A stretch of DNA of 64,000 bases from a virus (lineage: Duplodnaviria; Heunggongvirae; Uroviricota; Caudoviricetes), in the IMG/VR virus record IMGVR_UViG_3300037484_000445, positions 96,001 through 160,000 of that record; one strand, 5' to 3'. Below the pieces are notes generated by a model. It made no database searches, was not told the DNA's origin, and saw nothing but the letters and a program-made list of their open reading frames with translations. Below, piece by piece: positions 35,307-44,318 of this stretch. The position numbers and the translations under genes are program-made. Position 1 is the stretch's first letter. Each line of letters opens with the position of its first letter.

Positions 35307-37486
35307 CCAATTTTCGACGCACACCCAAGCATCTCTCTGGATCGAGCCCTGGTAAGGACTTCGTCGATACTGGTGATTTGGCTGGGTTGAAGGTCGGTGT
35401 CATCACTCGAGTGGATGAAGTCAACCTTAAAGCAGACATCAAGATCATTACTGGTGGTGGTGAACGCTTCGAAATTGACCTGACTCAGGGCTTAGCTGGG
35501 CCTAGAAGCTTTTGGGGCGGTGTCCCAGAAGTTGATTCGGTTGTTATTGTTGGGTACCGTCGAATTCACAAGCAACTCTATGATGCTGTGATTCTCGGTT
35601 ATCTGCCGGTGGGTAATCGTGCTGGTCTCAGGTTCGATCCTTTCTCTATCGCCGATCCAACCGAGATTACAGCGGGTGAGGCTGAGCTCTACGGTGAGTT
35701 GTTTCGTAGTGTCCGACGGACCAAACGACTACTTCTTCATTCTGGGGATGTTGGCGGCATGTCTTCGGCTGGGTCAGAGTTGGCCCTTTCGAAGGATGTT
35801 CGCATGGTCAATCGTGCAGGAGACATCCTAGAGCTTAGGGATGCTGAGCGAACATTCATCACGCAGACCATCCACCGTGTTGAGAGCGATGCTGGCATTA
35901 GGCGTGTGTCGGGGCCCATTCGCCGCGGGGGTACGTACTTGCCTCCGGACATCCTTCAAACCGACAGTAAGACGCTCAAAAGTACGACTGATGGGTACTA
36001 TGGCCGGGATATTCTCCAAGCGGCCGGACCCGGCATGGGTATTGGCAGTAGTGCTAAGTATGCCGACACCGCAGGGGCACTACTCGATATATTCAATGAT
36101 ACCGCTGAGTTCCCCCCAATCACCTACTCGAGTGGACGACGGGTTTTCTATCCCGCTACTTCACCGGGTGTGAATATGGAGGATGCTACAAGCGGCGCCG
36201 ACGCTTTCGTTGAAGATCGTTTTGAGATGAGTCACACATCGGACTTATCCCAAGAGGTCATTGAGGAGATCGATGGGTTTACGATGGATCGCAGATCTCC
36301 CTACATCGAACGGGTCATTGGTACCCTCGTTGGGAATGACTTGAACTCTACGATGGGCCAGCGTCAGTATGCTAGGATTCTCAAACCCAAGTTGTTCCCT
36401 GACTTTACCTCGGGAGCCTTAGGCAAGTTCACCCTAGCCGAGATCGATCGGCAACCAACGACCCCCGACGTCGAAGTTGCTACGACAGCAGGGGCTTTTT
36501 TGTTCCGAATTCGTCCTCCGAGAGCTGTTGGTGAGAACGACTTTGTGGCGGCGGTCAGCAAGCAAGGAAAACTATTTCTCAACATACCCGCGTCGGTCAA
36601 AGAAGACTATCCTAGTGGATCAAAAGGTGTCTCGGCCGAAATGAACTTGGCCGGTGCCCTCAAAATGTTCATCGGAGCTTCTCAACCAGATCGAATTTCC
36701 GCTCACATAACCCTTGAGGGTGGTGTGCATTTGGATATTGGTCGAGACGCCGCAGGTAATGCTGTCACAACTCGCTATCATTCGGCGACAAAAACGATCT
36801 ATGAAGGTAACCCTAACGAAGAAGACATCACCACGAGTGTAGAGGTTCGAGGCGTTAAGGCATCCTTCATTACGGGCGCCGAGAACAAGACCATCGACGG
36901 GTCCAAGAGTACATTGGTCAGTGGTATGCTTCAAGAGCAGGCGGATCGCGTCAGTCTCAATGCTTTCCAGGGGGCGTCGTTCAACTTCGGTGAGTTCAAC
37001 ACTCTGGTGAGTGGTAAGAGTCAGTTCCAGTATGCTATGTCTGTGTTGGAGAATATAGCCATAGGCGGCAAGACCTCCACAATCCTTGCTGGAGGTCTTA
37101 CACAGACTGTTCTGGCGGGTGCTATAGCTTTCAGTGCCTTAGCAGGAGCAATCACCTTCAACGCCCCGGCAGGAGCCTTCAACGTCACTGTGGGGACTGG
37201 GGCCATCTCTTTGACCACGGGTGCTGGAGCAGTCTCTTTGAGCACAGGTGCTGGAGCAGTATCGATCGCGGCCGGTGCTGGAGCTATCTCGCTGACGGCT
37301 GGACTGGCTTTGAACATGATCGCTTCGACGACCATCTCTATGACAGCCCCGATGATTCTTTTGGGGGGCCCGGCGGCCATCCTAGGTGTTGTTCGAGGGC
37401 TCAGGTCATTACCTCCCGGCACCCCCTCGTTGGACTACATAACAGGGCTTCCGCTCATGGGTAGCGCTTTGGTGGGGTCGATTTAA
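35303..37486 (+). CDS. baseplate central spike (gp5/gpV/VgrG-like)
   Basis: N-terminal OB-fold pattern (VGVITRVDE...PEVDSVVIVGY...ILGYL) and C-terminal Gly-rich beta-helix repeats. Confidence 0.75.
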   Translation: MTNFRRTPKHLSGSSPGKDFVDTGDLAGLKVGVITRVDEVNLKADIKIITGGGERFEIDLTQGLAGPRSFWGGVPEVDSVVIVGYRRIHKQLYDAVILGYLPVGNRAGLRFDPFSIADPTEITAGEAELYGELFRSVRRTKRLLLHSGDVGGMSSAGSELALSKDVRMVNRAGDILELRDAERTFITQTIHRVESDAGIRRVSGPIRRGGTYLPPDILQTDSKTLKSTTDGYYGRDILQAAGPGMGIGSSAKYADTAGALLDIFNDTAEFPPITYSSGRRVFYPATSPGVNMEDATSGADAFVEDRFEMSHTSDLSQEVIEEIDGFTMDRRSPYIERVIGTLVGNDLNSTMGQRQYARILKPKLFPDFTSGALGKFTLAEIDRQPTTPDVEVATTAGAFLFRIRPPRAVGENDFVAAVSKQGKLFLNIPASVKEDYPSGSKGVSAEMNLAGALKMFIGASQPDRISAHITLEGGVHLDIGRDAAGNAVTTRYHSATKTIYEGNPNEEDITTSVEVRGVKASFITGAENKTIDGSKSTLVSGMLQEQADRVSLNAFQGASFNFGEFNTLVSGKSQFQYAMSVLENIAIGGKTSTILAGGLTQTVLAGAIAFSALAGAITFNAPAGAFNVTVGTGAISLTTGAGAVSLSTGAGAVSIAAGAGAISLTAGLALNMIASTTISMTAPMILLGGPAAILGVVRGLRSLPPGTPSLDYITGLPLMGSALVGSI
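37193..37300 (+). repeat. 4 x 27-nt tandem repeat encoding G(A/T)GA(I/V)S(L/I)xx beta-helix rungs
   Basis: Units start at 37193, 37220, 37247 and 37274. GGTGCTGGAGC is exact in the last three. Confidence 0.8.
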
Positions 37487-38058
37487 TGCCAGTCACCGTT
37501 CCAGGCATCATGGGAGCTGTGCTTCCTAATCTGGTATCGGTGGCCATGATTGGGACAGGCACACCTAAGTACTCCAAGGGGGTAGCCTTAGGTGTTAGCT
37601 ATTGGATCCCCAAGGTCAAGGTCAATACCGTTGATGTCGGCACAGCCGGTGCGGGTAAGAACGTGCCACTACCCCTTGTTGTTCCGCCCCAGCTTCTGTA
37701 CACCAACATCCTGGTTGGTATGACGGCGAACGGTTTAGCCGGCATTCTCATGCCTGTGTTTGCTTTAGGCCTGGCGAACGGTTTGGCTATGGCCTTTGCT
37801 CAAATGCTTGTTAGCACCAATCACCCCACTGTTGGTGTGGGAGCCGGTGTAGCAAAGTTCTCAGGGCCTCCCGCGTATTCTTCGATCCTTCAGGGGTTCA
37901 AAGATGCCGGCATGGATGGAGACAAACTACCCAAAAAAGCCAAGGCTTTGGGTATGGCCCTAGATGTTACTTTTGCGAGTCTATTGTTGCCTGTAGCTAT
38001 TGTAGGGCCACCTTCAATTTCTCCTGGAGGTGGTTCAGGTTTTGGAAGCATAATTTAG
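37486..38058 (+). CDS. hypothetical Gly/Ala-rich protein, probably spike-associated
   Basis: TAATG coupling to the spike gene. Hydrophobic, 190 aa, no PAAR motif. Confidence 0.65.
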   Translation: MPVTVPGIMGAVLPNLVSVAMIGTGTPKYSKGVALGVSYWIPKVKVNTVDVGTAGAGKNVPLPLVVPPQLLYTNILVGMTANGLAGILMPVFALGLANGLAMAFAQMLVSTNHPTVGVGAGVAKFSGPPAYSSILQGFKDAGMDGDKLPKKAKALGMALDVTFASLLLPVAIVGPPSISPGGGSGFGSII

Positions 38059-38069
38059 ATGAGGATGAA

Positions 38070-38300
38070 ATGTCAGACCCTAACATCATTGGACATGTCG
38101 TAGAGTTTTGCTCGGATCGAGACATCATCACTACGAAGGACGGATCTGGAAAGGTCTTTGCGACAGTTCCGGGACCTGTTAAGTGTCGCTTGCGTTTGAA
38201 TTTAAGAAACACTCTTGGTCAAACCAAGTCGATCTGGGTTGAGGCTTCTTCGGACTTGGAGGGGTTCTTTAGTCCTGAGGGAGATACAACGTGCCGCTAA
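38070..38300 (+). CDS. small hypothetical protein (76 aa)
   Basis: GAGGA at 38061-38065 before the ATG. Fills the only gap in the baseplate cluster. Confidence 0.55.
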   Translation: MSDPNIIGHVVEFCSDRDIITTKDGSGKVFATVPGPVKCRLRLNLRNTLGQTKSIWVEASSDLEGFFSPEGDTTCR

Positions 38301-41300
38301 GCATCACAGGGTATGTCCTCGACCCGCCAAGGGTTGGTGGATCAAACTCACCTTACACGATGACTCCAAACGTCTACGTGTACAACCAGAGTGCGTTTGA
38401 TACGGCATACCCTTCTGATGAGAGTGCTCCGAGAACGGAATACTACGTGTTTGTTCTCGTAGATCCAATCTCAGCTACTTCAGGTACTGGTCCTGGTGGT
38501 AACGGGTCACTCATTGACGCACGTTTCGCCTGGACTAAAAACGAAGTCATCCAACGTTTTGATTACGAAGGTTCCGAGGGGCGCTTCAAGGCGCTCCCCG
38601 GAGCGGCTTTGATTGTTGTGGGTACCCTAGCCAGTAATGCAAATAGCACTCGCTTGAAAGTATTGGCTCCCGTATCGACGAATATTGCCAACTACCCTAT
38701 TCGGATCTCTCTTGGTAGCGGGAGTGGTCAGACTTTCACTGTCGTTCTCGTGTTGGACGACGCCGCCTTTACGAATCCACCTTCGGGTTCGGTCCAGTTG
38801 TCCCTTGCGACAGGCAACCTCAATTGGAACACGGCCGATCTGGTTACGTACCTTGGCCAATCTGTTAGGTTTCAAAGGCAGTCCTTCTATGCCTACAAGG
38901 ATTCGAGTGGTGACCTTGGCCTGATTAACAACGCATTGCTTCTCAACCCATTGCCAGGCACAGGGCAATTCCCCTTGATTCGTATCGGCTTCGGGGAATA
39001 CCTAAGGCCTGTTGAGAGAGCTACGGAAGCAGGATTCTCGGTCAATCCCACTTTGGGTACGGTTGAATGGGCTCGCAACACAGGGCGCCTGAAGTTCAAT
39101 ACCACTGACACAACCAACAACTTCGGCCGAAACATCTACTACGATGGTGTGACGTTCGATTGGGGCTTCTCTGTCTATTCCGCTGATGTAGGTATACTTA
39201 CTCTTCCTACGGTTGTTTCCCCTATACCCCCAGAAGCTAGTGACGTTTTCTTTATGGTTTCTGGAACCGCCCAGTTTGCTCAAACAGAGTTTGTTGACAC
39301 TCTTTCGAGCCCTGGAAAGAAAGGCGTTGTACAAATCAGGCGATCTGACGGCCAAGTACGATTCTCAGCAGCAGATCAAGCACGCTATGGATCTGTTCCA
39401 GTCCAAGTTGTTGTCGCCGATCTCACCATTGAACGGGGAATGAAGTTACGCTTGTTTCGAACCCCAGTGAATCTCGACGATGCTGATGGGACCCTTCAGG
39501 ATGTTTCGGCTTTTTATGAAAGCACTGAGGCTATTTGGGCCAGCCCCATCATTGCTTCACCGACGGTAGACTTACCCGCTGTTCCGGTCGATACTCGGTC
39601 ACTCCAGATTCAAGTCCTTCAGGGGACGGGGACTTTTACGTCGAGCAATTTCCCACGCTTGGATGTGGCCCTACCCCCAACGGGTTTAGGGTACATCCTG
39701 GATTATGAGGCCAAGCAATTCTTATTCGCTCAGCGAAAGGCCAATGTCCTCATCCCGGCAGCGACGCCTTACGGTGGAGTTCAGTTACCCGATCCACTGG
39801 TCTTCAACTCCAACTTGGTTCTCGAGGTTGAGAACGCTCCTGGTGGCGGCACTTTTTCGACGCTTGTGGTCGGGGAATCGGCTTTAGTCGACTTTCCGTC
39901 CGGCCTGGTGACAATGGTCACCACGGATGGCCTTCTGGTGACTTCAGGCGTGGGTGCGAGTTTTCTGGGAACGACTTTCACCGACGCCGCCAACAACTTC
40001 ACCGCAGCAGGGGTAGTTCAAGGAAACCGCCTAGTGGTGCTGGCCGGCCTTTCTAAGGGGGTTTACTCCGTATCGACGGTAGGTACGTCGAGTCTGACCA
40101 CAGACGTTCCTGGAGTAACCTCAACGAGCCTGGAGTACAGCATCCACGAGGGGGTGGAGATCCTAGCAGACCGGTACTTCTACGAAGTTCCTCAGGTTGA
40201 TCCCAACACGAGCGTTGAGCGTATCCGGTCCCTCGGCACCATCACGAACAGTCCTCGTCTGAGTGTGGACTTGATCAAGATCACAACTACTCGGTTTCGC
40301 TTTGGTAAGACAACCTTCTCGACTTCCGTTGTTCTTGTGAACGATGACACAAACTTTACGGTTCCAACTCTACTATCTCCGGGGGTCGTGGAGATCTCTC
40401 TGGCTACAGGACACCTGAACTTCAGCCAGGATGACGTGACTGCGGGGGGTTTGGTCTACTCGGTATGGCTCTTAACCTTGGGTTCGGATTATTCTTTGCA
40501 ACCGCCCTTGGGCTTCGTGCAATTGGCTGAGAGGATGCTTGCCTCGGAAGAGGCTTTGGTTTCCTACAAGAACTCTGATGGGGACATCGTTCAAGAGCGG
40601 GCGACTTTTCTGGTTCGAAAAGAAAAGCTCGTTCATTTGACGCCTACATCTACCATGAGCTTCAATCCAGAAGGTCGTGAGGCTGCAGCTATTCCAGCAC
40701 CTAAGGCTTTTCGTGGTGGTCGTCCTCAAACCTCTTCGCAGGTTCAAGCAGACGTTAGTACTTTGACTATCACTTTCGTTGAAGTACCTACGGTTACCAA
40801 TGCTTTGCCGTCGGGACCTATTGTGGATCCTTCGGAGAACGTCTACCTAGACTACTACCTTTACGAGGCTATCGGAGGAGAACAGAATTTCACGGTATTG
40901 CAACCACCCATGCAGGGGATTGCAATCACGATCACTGCGGACACGAACAACTTCTACATTGCTGGAGATCGAACGAGCATTTTCACTCCCGATGCCTTGT
41001 TGCTCGTTGATGACGCTGAGCTTTACTCTGTGGGTTCATCGACCTATGACTCGTTGAATCAGTGGACCATTGTTGTTTTGGCCGGGCCTCAGCTATTCAT
41101 GTCGGGTCTGAACAACCCGAAGCTTTCGATATCCTCAGGCCGTGTTCGAACCATAGGAAGTCCTCTTTTGCCGTCGTACTTTTTGACGGATATGACAGCC
41201 TATGATGTTGCGGCAAGGGGTTCTTCGGTACTTCATCTCCACGGGGATGTAGCTCGAACCTACGTCACTGGCGTAGTTCTTCTATTTTCGGATGTGGGCT

Positions 41301-44176
41301 ACACCGACTACTACCTCGTTTCCGGATCAACCTACAACAAGGATACTGGAAAGACGGACGTTACCCTAACGACTGAGTCCTTTCGTCAGTATGACGGCGT
41401 ACCTATTAAGCGGTCAGTCCGTCCAGTTCTTCCGACACCTTCAGCCTCGTTGGTGACTTCTCGAAGTCCGGAATTAGGCCAACCACTTACTCTGTATCGT
41501 CGAGTGGAGGGTGCCGTTGGTGTGTTATTGAGTTCTCCCGAAGACTACAAGATCGATGCTTCGGGGACTGTAACCCTTACGGAACCCCTAACACTAAATG
41601 AGGAGATCGGGGCCTTTTATACGGGGGACACTATCGTTGAGGCGGGTAGAAGATTCCGAGCCTCGTACACTTTTGGCATTGCCCCAACTGAGGGTAATGG
41701 CCTCCTGAACCAGATCTTGGTTTCCACCTACACGACGTACAGTCCTGATACGTTCTTTTGGCGCGTTGAGACCTTCACGAACTTCCGAGGTGAACTTGCT
41801 GAAGCCTACGCGGCGGCAGCCAAAGCCAGTGTCCCGACGGGTGGTCCCATTCTTTCGAACTCCTCACAGCCTAAGCTTTTCGAGCAAGGACGTGAATCCA
41901 TCTACTACGAAGAAGGGTATCTCTCGAACGAGGACTTGGTAGCTAGACCCACTCTCAAGTACTACAATGATGCCACGAACTACTTGGAGAATGCCCTCCA
42001 GTACATGGATGGACGTGTAGTTGGGGATCACGATGGACGATTTCTCTTTGATGGCAACATCAACAATCCTTACAGGACGACGTTTGCTTCGGTAACGAAT
42101 CAGATCGATGATGTTTTCAAGGTCAGTCCTGCCCCCTACGCCGTATCAGGACCTCCTTTCGTCACGGTCTCAATTGGGACCTATCGTGAGGTTTACAAGG
42201 CCGCGGCCACGAGTCGCTTCTACCCAACACGTAGAAACCGCTACGGTGCCACAGCTAATCCGGCAGGGCTTGCAGTGGGAGATCCTCTGCTCGATACAGG
42301 CACCACAAACTTGACTTCGATCAAGAACATCCAAAGACGTTTTCCGTGGGCTATGGTCACGGCTAAGGCTTCGATCGGCGATCTGACCATTTACGTGGAT
42401 GATGCTAACGGTTCTACGGACCTCTTGAGGCCCGCCTTTGGCACGGGCATGAGGGTGGCTATCATTGCCCAAAATGGTACTGTTATAGTATCGGATGCTG
42501 CGAGCATAGTTCTTGGTGGCGTATCCGCTACGAGTCTAACTGTCCCAGCTCTTTCAGTGGATATTCCCCGCGGTGCCACTGTTCGTTTGGCGACCAACGA
42601 TACTGTCTATCGTAAGACGTACCGTTTGGGTATTGACTTGGCTGTGGATCTTGAGAAGGGTTTGCTCACTTATTTGGATCCATCGGATCCGGCATGGGCC
42701 CTTTTGTCTCCTTCTGCTCCAGCGGCTGGGGAAGCCTTGGACATGATCGTCACGATGAACAACTCGTTGACGGCTCCAGATCGCTTTCCGGCCTTGGATG
42801 GATCTACGACTGATGACGATGGGGACCGCGGGTTCCCTGTACTCACGCCAAGCTTGGCTTCAGAGGCAGCCAATGTAGGGTACATTCAGGAGGATCTTCG
42901 ACTCATCAATGCTTCCACTGGTGTCATACCTACGGTAACGACACCATCCTTCGTGGGCACAGGAAACTTGAACGTCACTGGTACCGTCATTACGAATACG
43001 GGTGGTGCGTGGCCTTCTCCAGTGCCTCAGCTCTACGACCTAATAGACATTAGAACGGGGCCTAACTCCCCTTCAACCTATCGCATTGTCATTTCCGTCG
43101 GTGCCAGCACACTCACAGTCAACAGTGCCTTTCCTGTCCCTGGTGACACAGGTTTTACTTTCACGGTCACTTCCTGCACGGACTTGGTTTCAGGTACGGC
43201 AACTATTACTCCTAGTACCAATCTGCATGATGCTTCGGCCTCTTTTGATACAGCTGGTGTGATCCCCGGACATACTGTTGTCATAACCACGGGGATTATG
43301 GCAGGACTACGGCGGCAAGTGGTCGCTGTCATGTCTCCGACGGATCTAACGATTGAAGCTCTACCAAATACGGGAGCTTTTGGCTATAGAGTCGTCAATT
43401 CTTTGGCTACTTTTGGCAAGGTGTTGGGGTCTATCCCAGTGGACTATTGGGTCCCTACACTCAATGGCTTGTACGGGGTACTGTCCTCGAATAGTAGCCC
43501 GTTGGCTGAGATCCCCTCTATTGACGCCTTTTTCAACACAGTATTTACGAACGTTGCTACTGGATCAAATGGCGTTAGCAACACTTCGACCTTCAGCGCG
43601 GCTGGTCAAACTTTCTTGACCAGCCATGTCACTACTGCACAAATCTTGTTTGTTCGTTCGGGACTCGTTGCTGGTGTGTACAAGATTCAGTCAGTTGACA
43701 CTGAGACGTCCATCACAATTGAGGGCACTTTTCCTGCCAATACCACGGGGATTACTTTCCGAATCGTTAGTGTTATTGGGTTGACGGCTGAAGGTTTAGA
43801 TGGAGTACTCACGGCTCTATTGGAAGCTGAGGCATTTGCATCACCGTTACCAACTCTCATCTCTAAGGTCACGACAGCCATAGCAGTTTCGGGCGACGCT
43901 GGTGCTTACGCTACTAGACTTTTGGGATCCGACCTAACAACACACGAAAGCCAATTGAATGCAAGGCTTCCTCAAGTAAGCTCTGCCATTACGAATTTGA
44001 CGGGAGAACTGTCTTCTGGTGACAGACTTTACGATAAGAGGTACACATGGATCGACAGTCGAATCAACCTGATGAACGGGATTCTACCAATGCGAGAACT
44101 GGCTGTAGCCAACCGAATCAAGGCACAACAGGATGTGCTGAACCAGCTAACGAAACTCCTGTCGGTGAGAACGTAG
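38291..44176 (+). CDS. very large (1961 aa) baseplate/tail structural protein with repeated beta modules
   Basis: GAGGGAGA before the GTG start. Thr/Val/Gly-rich. Repeated G.V..S.ATG.LN and D....F..AGV..G..V.I..G...G.Y.I modules, helical C-terminus. Confidence 0.75.
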   Translation: MPLSITGYVLDPPRVGGSNSPYTMTPNVYVYNQSAFDTAYPSDESAPRTEYYVFVLVDPISATSGTGPGGNGSLIDARFAWTKNEVIQRFDYEGSEGRFKALPGAALIVVGTLASNANSTRLKVLAPVSTNIANYPIRISLGSGSGQTFTVVLVLDDAAFTNPPSGSVQLSLATGNLNWNTADLVTYLGQSVRFQRQSFYAYKDSSGDLGLINNALLLNPLPGTGQFPLIRIGFGEYLRPVERATEAGFSVNPTLGTVEWARNTGRLKFNTTDTTNNFGRNIYYDGVTFDWGFSVYSADVGILTLPTVVSPIPPEASDVFFMVSGTAQFAQTEFVDTLSSPGKKGVVQIRRSDGQVRFSAADQARYGSVPVQVVVADLTIERGMKLRLFRTPVNLDDADGTLQDVSAFYESTEAIWASPIIASPTVDLPAVPVDTRSLQIQVLQGTGTFTSSNFPRLDVALPPTGLGYILDYEAKQFLFAQRKANVLIPAATPYGGVQLPDPLVFNSNLVLEVENAPGGGTFSTLVVGESALVDFPSGLVTMVTTDGLLVTSGVGASFLGTTFTDAANNFTAAGVVQGNRLVVLAGLSKGVYSVSTVGTSSLTTDVPGVTSTSLEYSIHEGVEILADRYFYEVPQVDPNTSVERIRSLGTITNSPRLSVDLIKITTTRFRFGKTTFSTSVVLVNDDTNFTVPTLLSPGVVEISLATGHLNFSQDDVTAGGLVYSVWLLTLGSDYSLQPPLGFVQLAERMLASEEALVSYKNSDGDIVQERATFLVRKEKLVHLTPTSTMSFNPEGREAAAIPAPKAFRGGRPQTSSQVQADVSTLTITFVEVPTVTNALPSGPIVDPSENVYLDYYLYEAIGGEQNFTVLQPPMQGIAITITADTNNFYIAGDRTSIFTPDALLLVDDAELYSVGSSTYDSLNQWTIVVLAGPQLFMSGLNNPKLSISSGRVRTIGSPLLPSYFLTDMTAYDVAARGSSVLHLHGDVARTYVTGVVLLFSDVGYTDYYLVSGSTYNKDTGKTDVTLTTESFRQYDGVPIKRSVRPVLPTPSASLVTSRSPELGQPLTLYRRVEGAVGVLLSSPEDYKIDASGTVTLTEPLTLNEEIGAFYTGDTIVEAGRRFRASYTFGIAPTEGNGLLNQILVSTYTTYSPDTFFWRVETFTNFRGELAEAYAAAAKASVPTGGPILSNSSQPKLFEQGRESIYYEEGYLSNEDLVARPTLKYYNDATNYLENALQYMDGRVVGDHDGRFLFDGNINNPYRTTFASVTNQIDDVFKVSPAPYAVSGPPFVTVSIGTYREVYKAAATSRFYPTRRNRYGATANPAGLAVGDPLLDTGTTNLTSIKNIQRRFPWAMVTAKASIGDLTIYVDDANGSTDLLRPAFGTGMRVAIIAQNGTVIVSDAASIVLGGVSATSLTVPALSVDIPRGATVRLATNDTVYRKTYRLGIDLAVDLEKGLLTYLDPSDPAWALLSPSAPAAGEALDMIVTMNNSLTAPDRFPALDGSTTDDDGDRGFPVLTPSLASEAANVGYIQEDLRLINASTGVIPTVTTPSFVGTGNLNVTGTVITNTGGAWPSPVPQLYDLIDIRTGPNSPSTYRIVISVGASTLTVNSAFPVPGDTGFTFTVTSCTDLVSGTATITPSTNLHDASASFDTAGVIPGHTVVITTGIMAGLRRQVVAVMSPTDLTIEALPNTGAFGYRVVNSLATFGKVLGSIPVDYWVPTLNGLYGVLSSNSSPLAEIPSIDAFFNTVFTNVATGSNGVSNTSTFSAAGQTFLTSHVTTAQILFVRSGLVAGVYKIQSVDTETSITIEGTFPANTTGITFRIVSVIGLTAEGLDGVLTALLEAEAFASPLPTLISKVTTAIAVSGDAGAYATRLLGSDLTTHESQLNARLPQVSSAITNLTGELSSGDRLYDKRYTWIDSRINLMNGILPMRELAVANRIKAQQDVLNQLTKLLSVRT

Positions 44177-44316
44177 GCGCTCAGTGGCAATACCGTAAGC
44201 GCTTTGCCATCCAAGACCGTTTGGTGGACGTCATCAAATCAACTCTTGATGCTGCCAGGTCCGAACTAGAAGTCACTCGTAAGAAGCTTGAAAAAGCGAA
44301 GTACCGAAGAGGTTAA
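44047..44316 (+). CDS. small coiled-coil protein overlapping the end of the 1961-aa gene
   Basis: TAAGAGGT at 44035-44042 before ATG 44047. The 3' half fills the 44177-44318 gap with an amphipathic helix. Confidence 0.55.
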   Translation: MDRQSNQPDERDSTNARTGCSQPNQGTTGCAEPANETPVGENVGAQWQYRKRFAIQDRLVDVIKSTLDAARSELEVTRKKLEKAKYRRG

Positions 44317-44318
44317 CC

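Noticed and set aside
37193-37300. Tandem repeats as a CRISPR array
   Set aside because: They are in-frame 27-nt coding repeats with no unique spacers and no cas genes.
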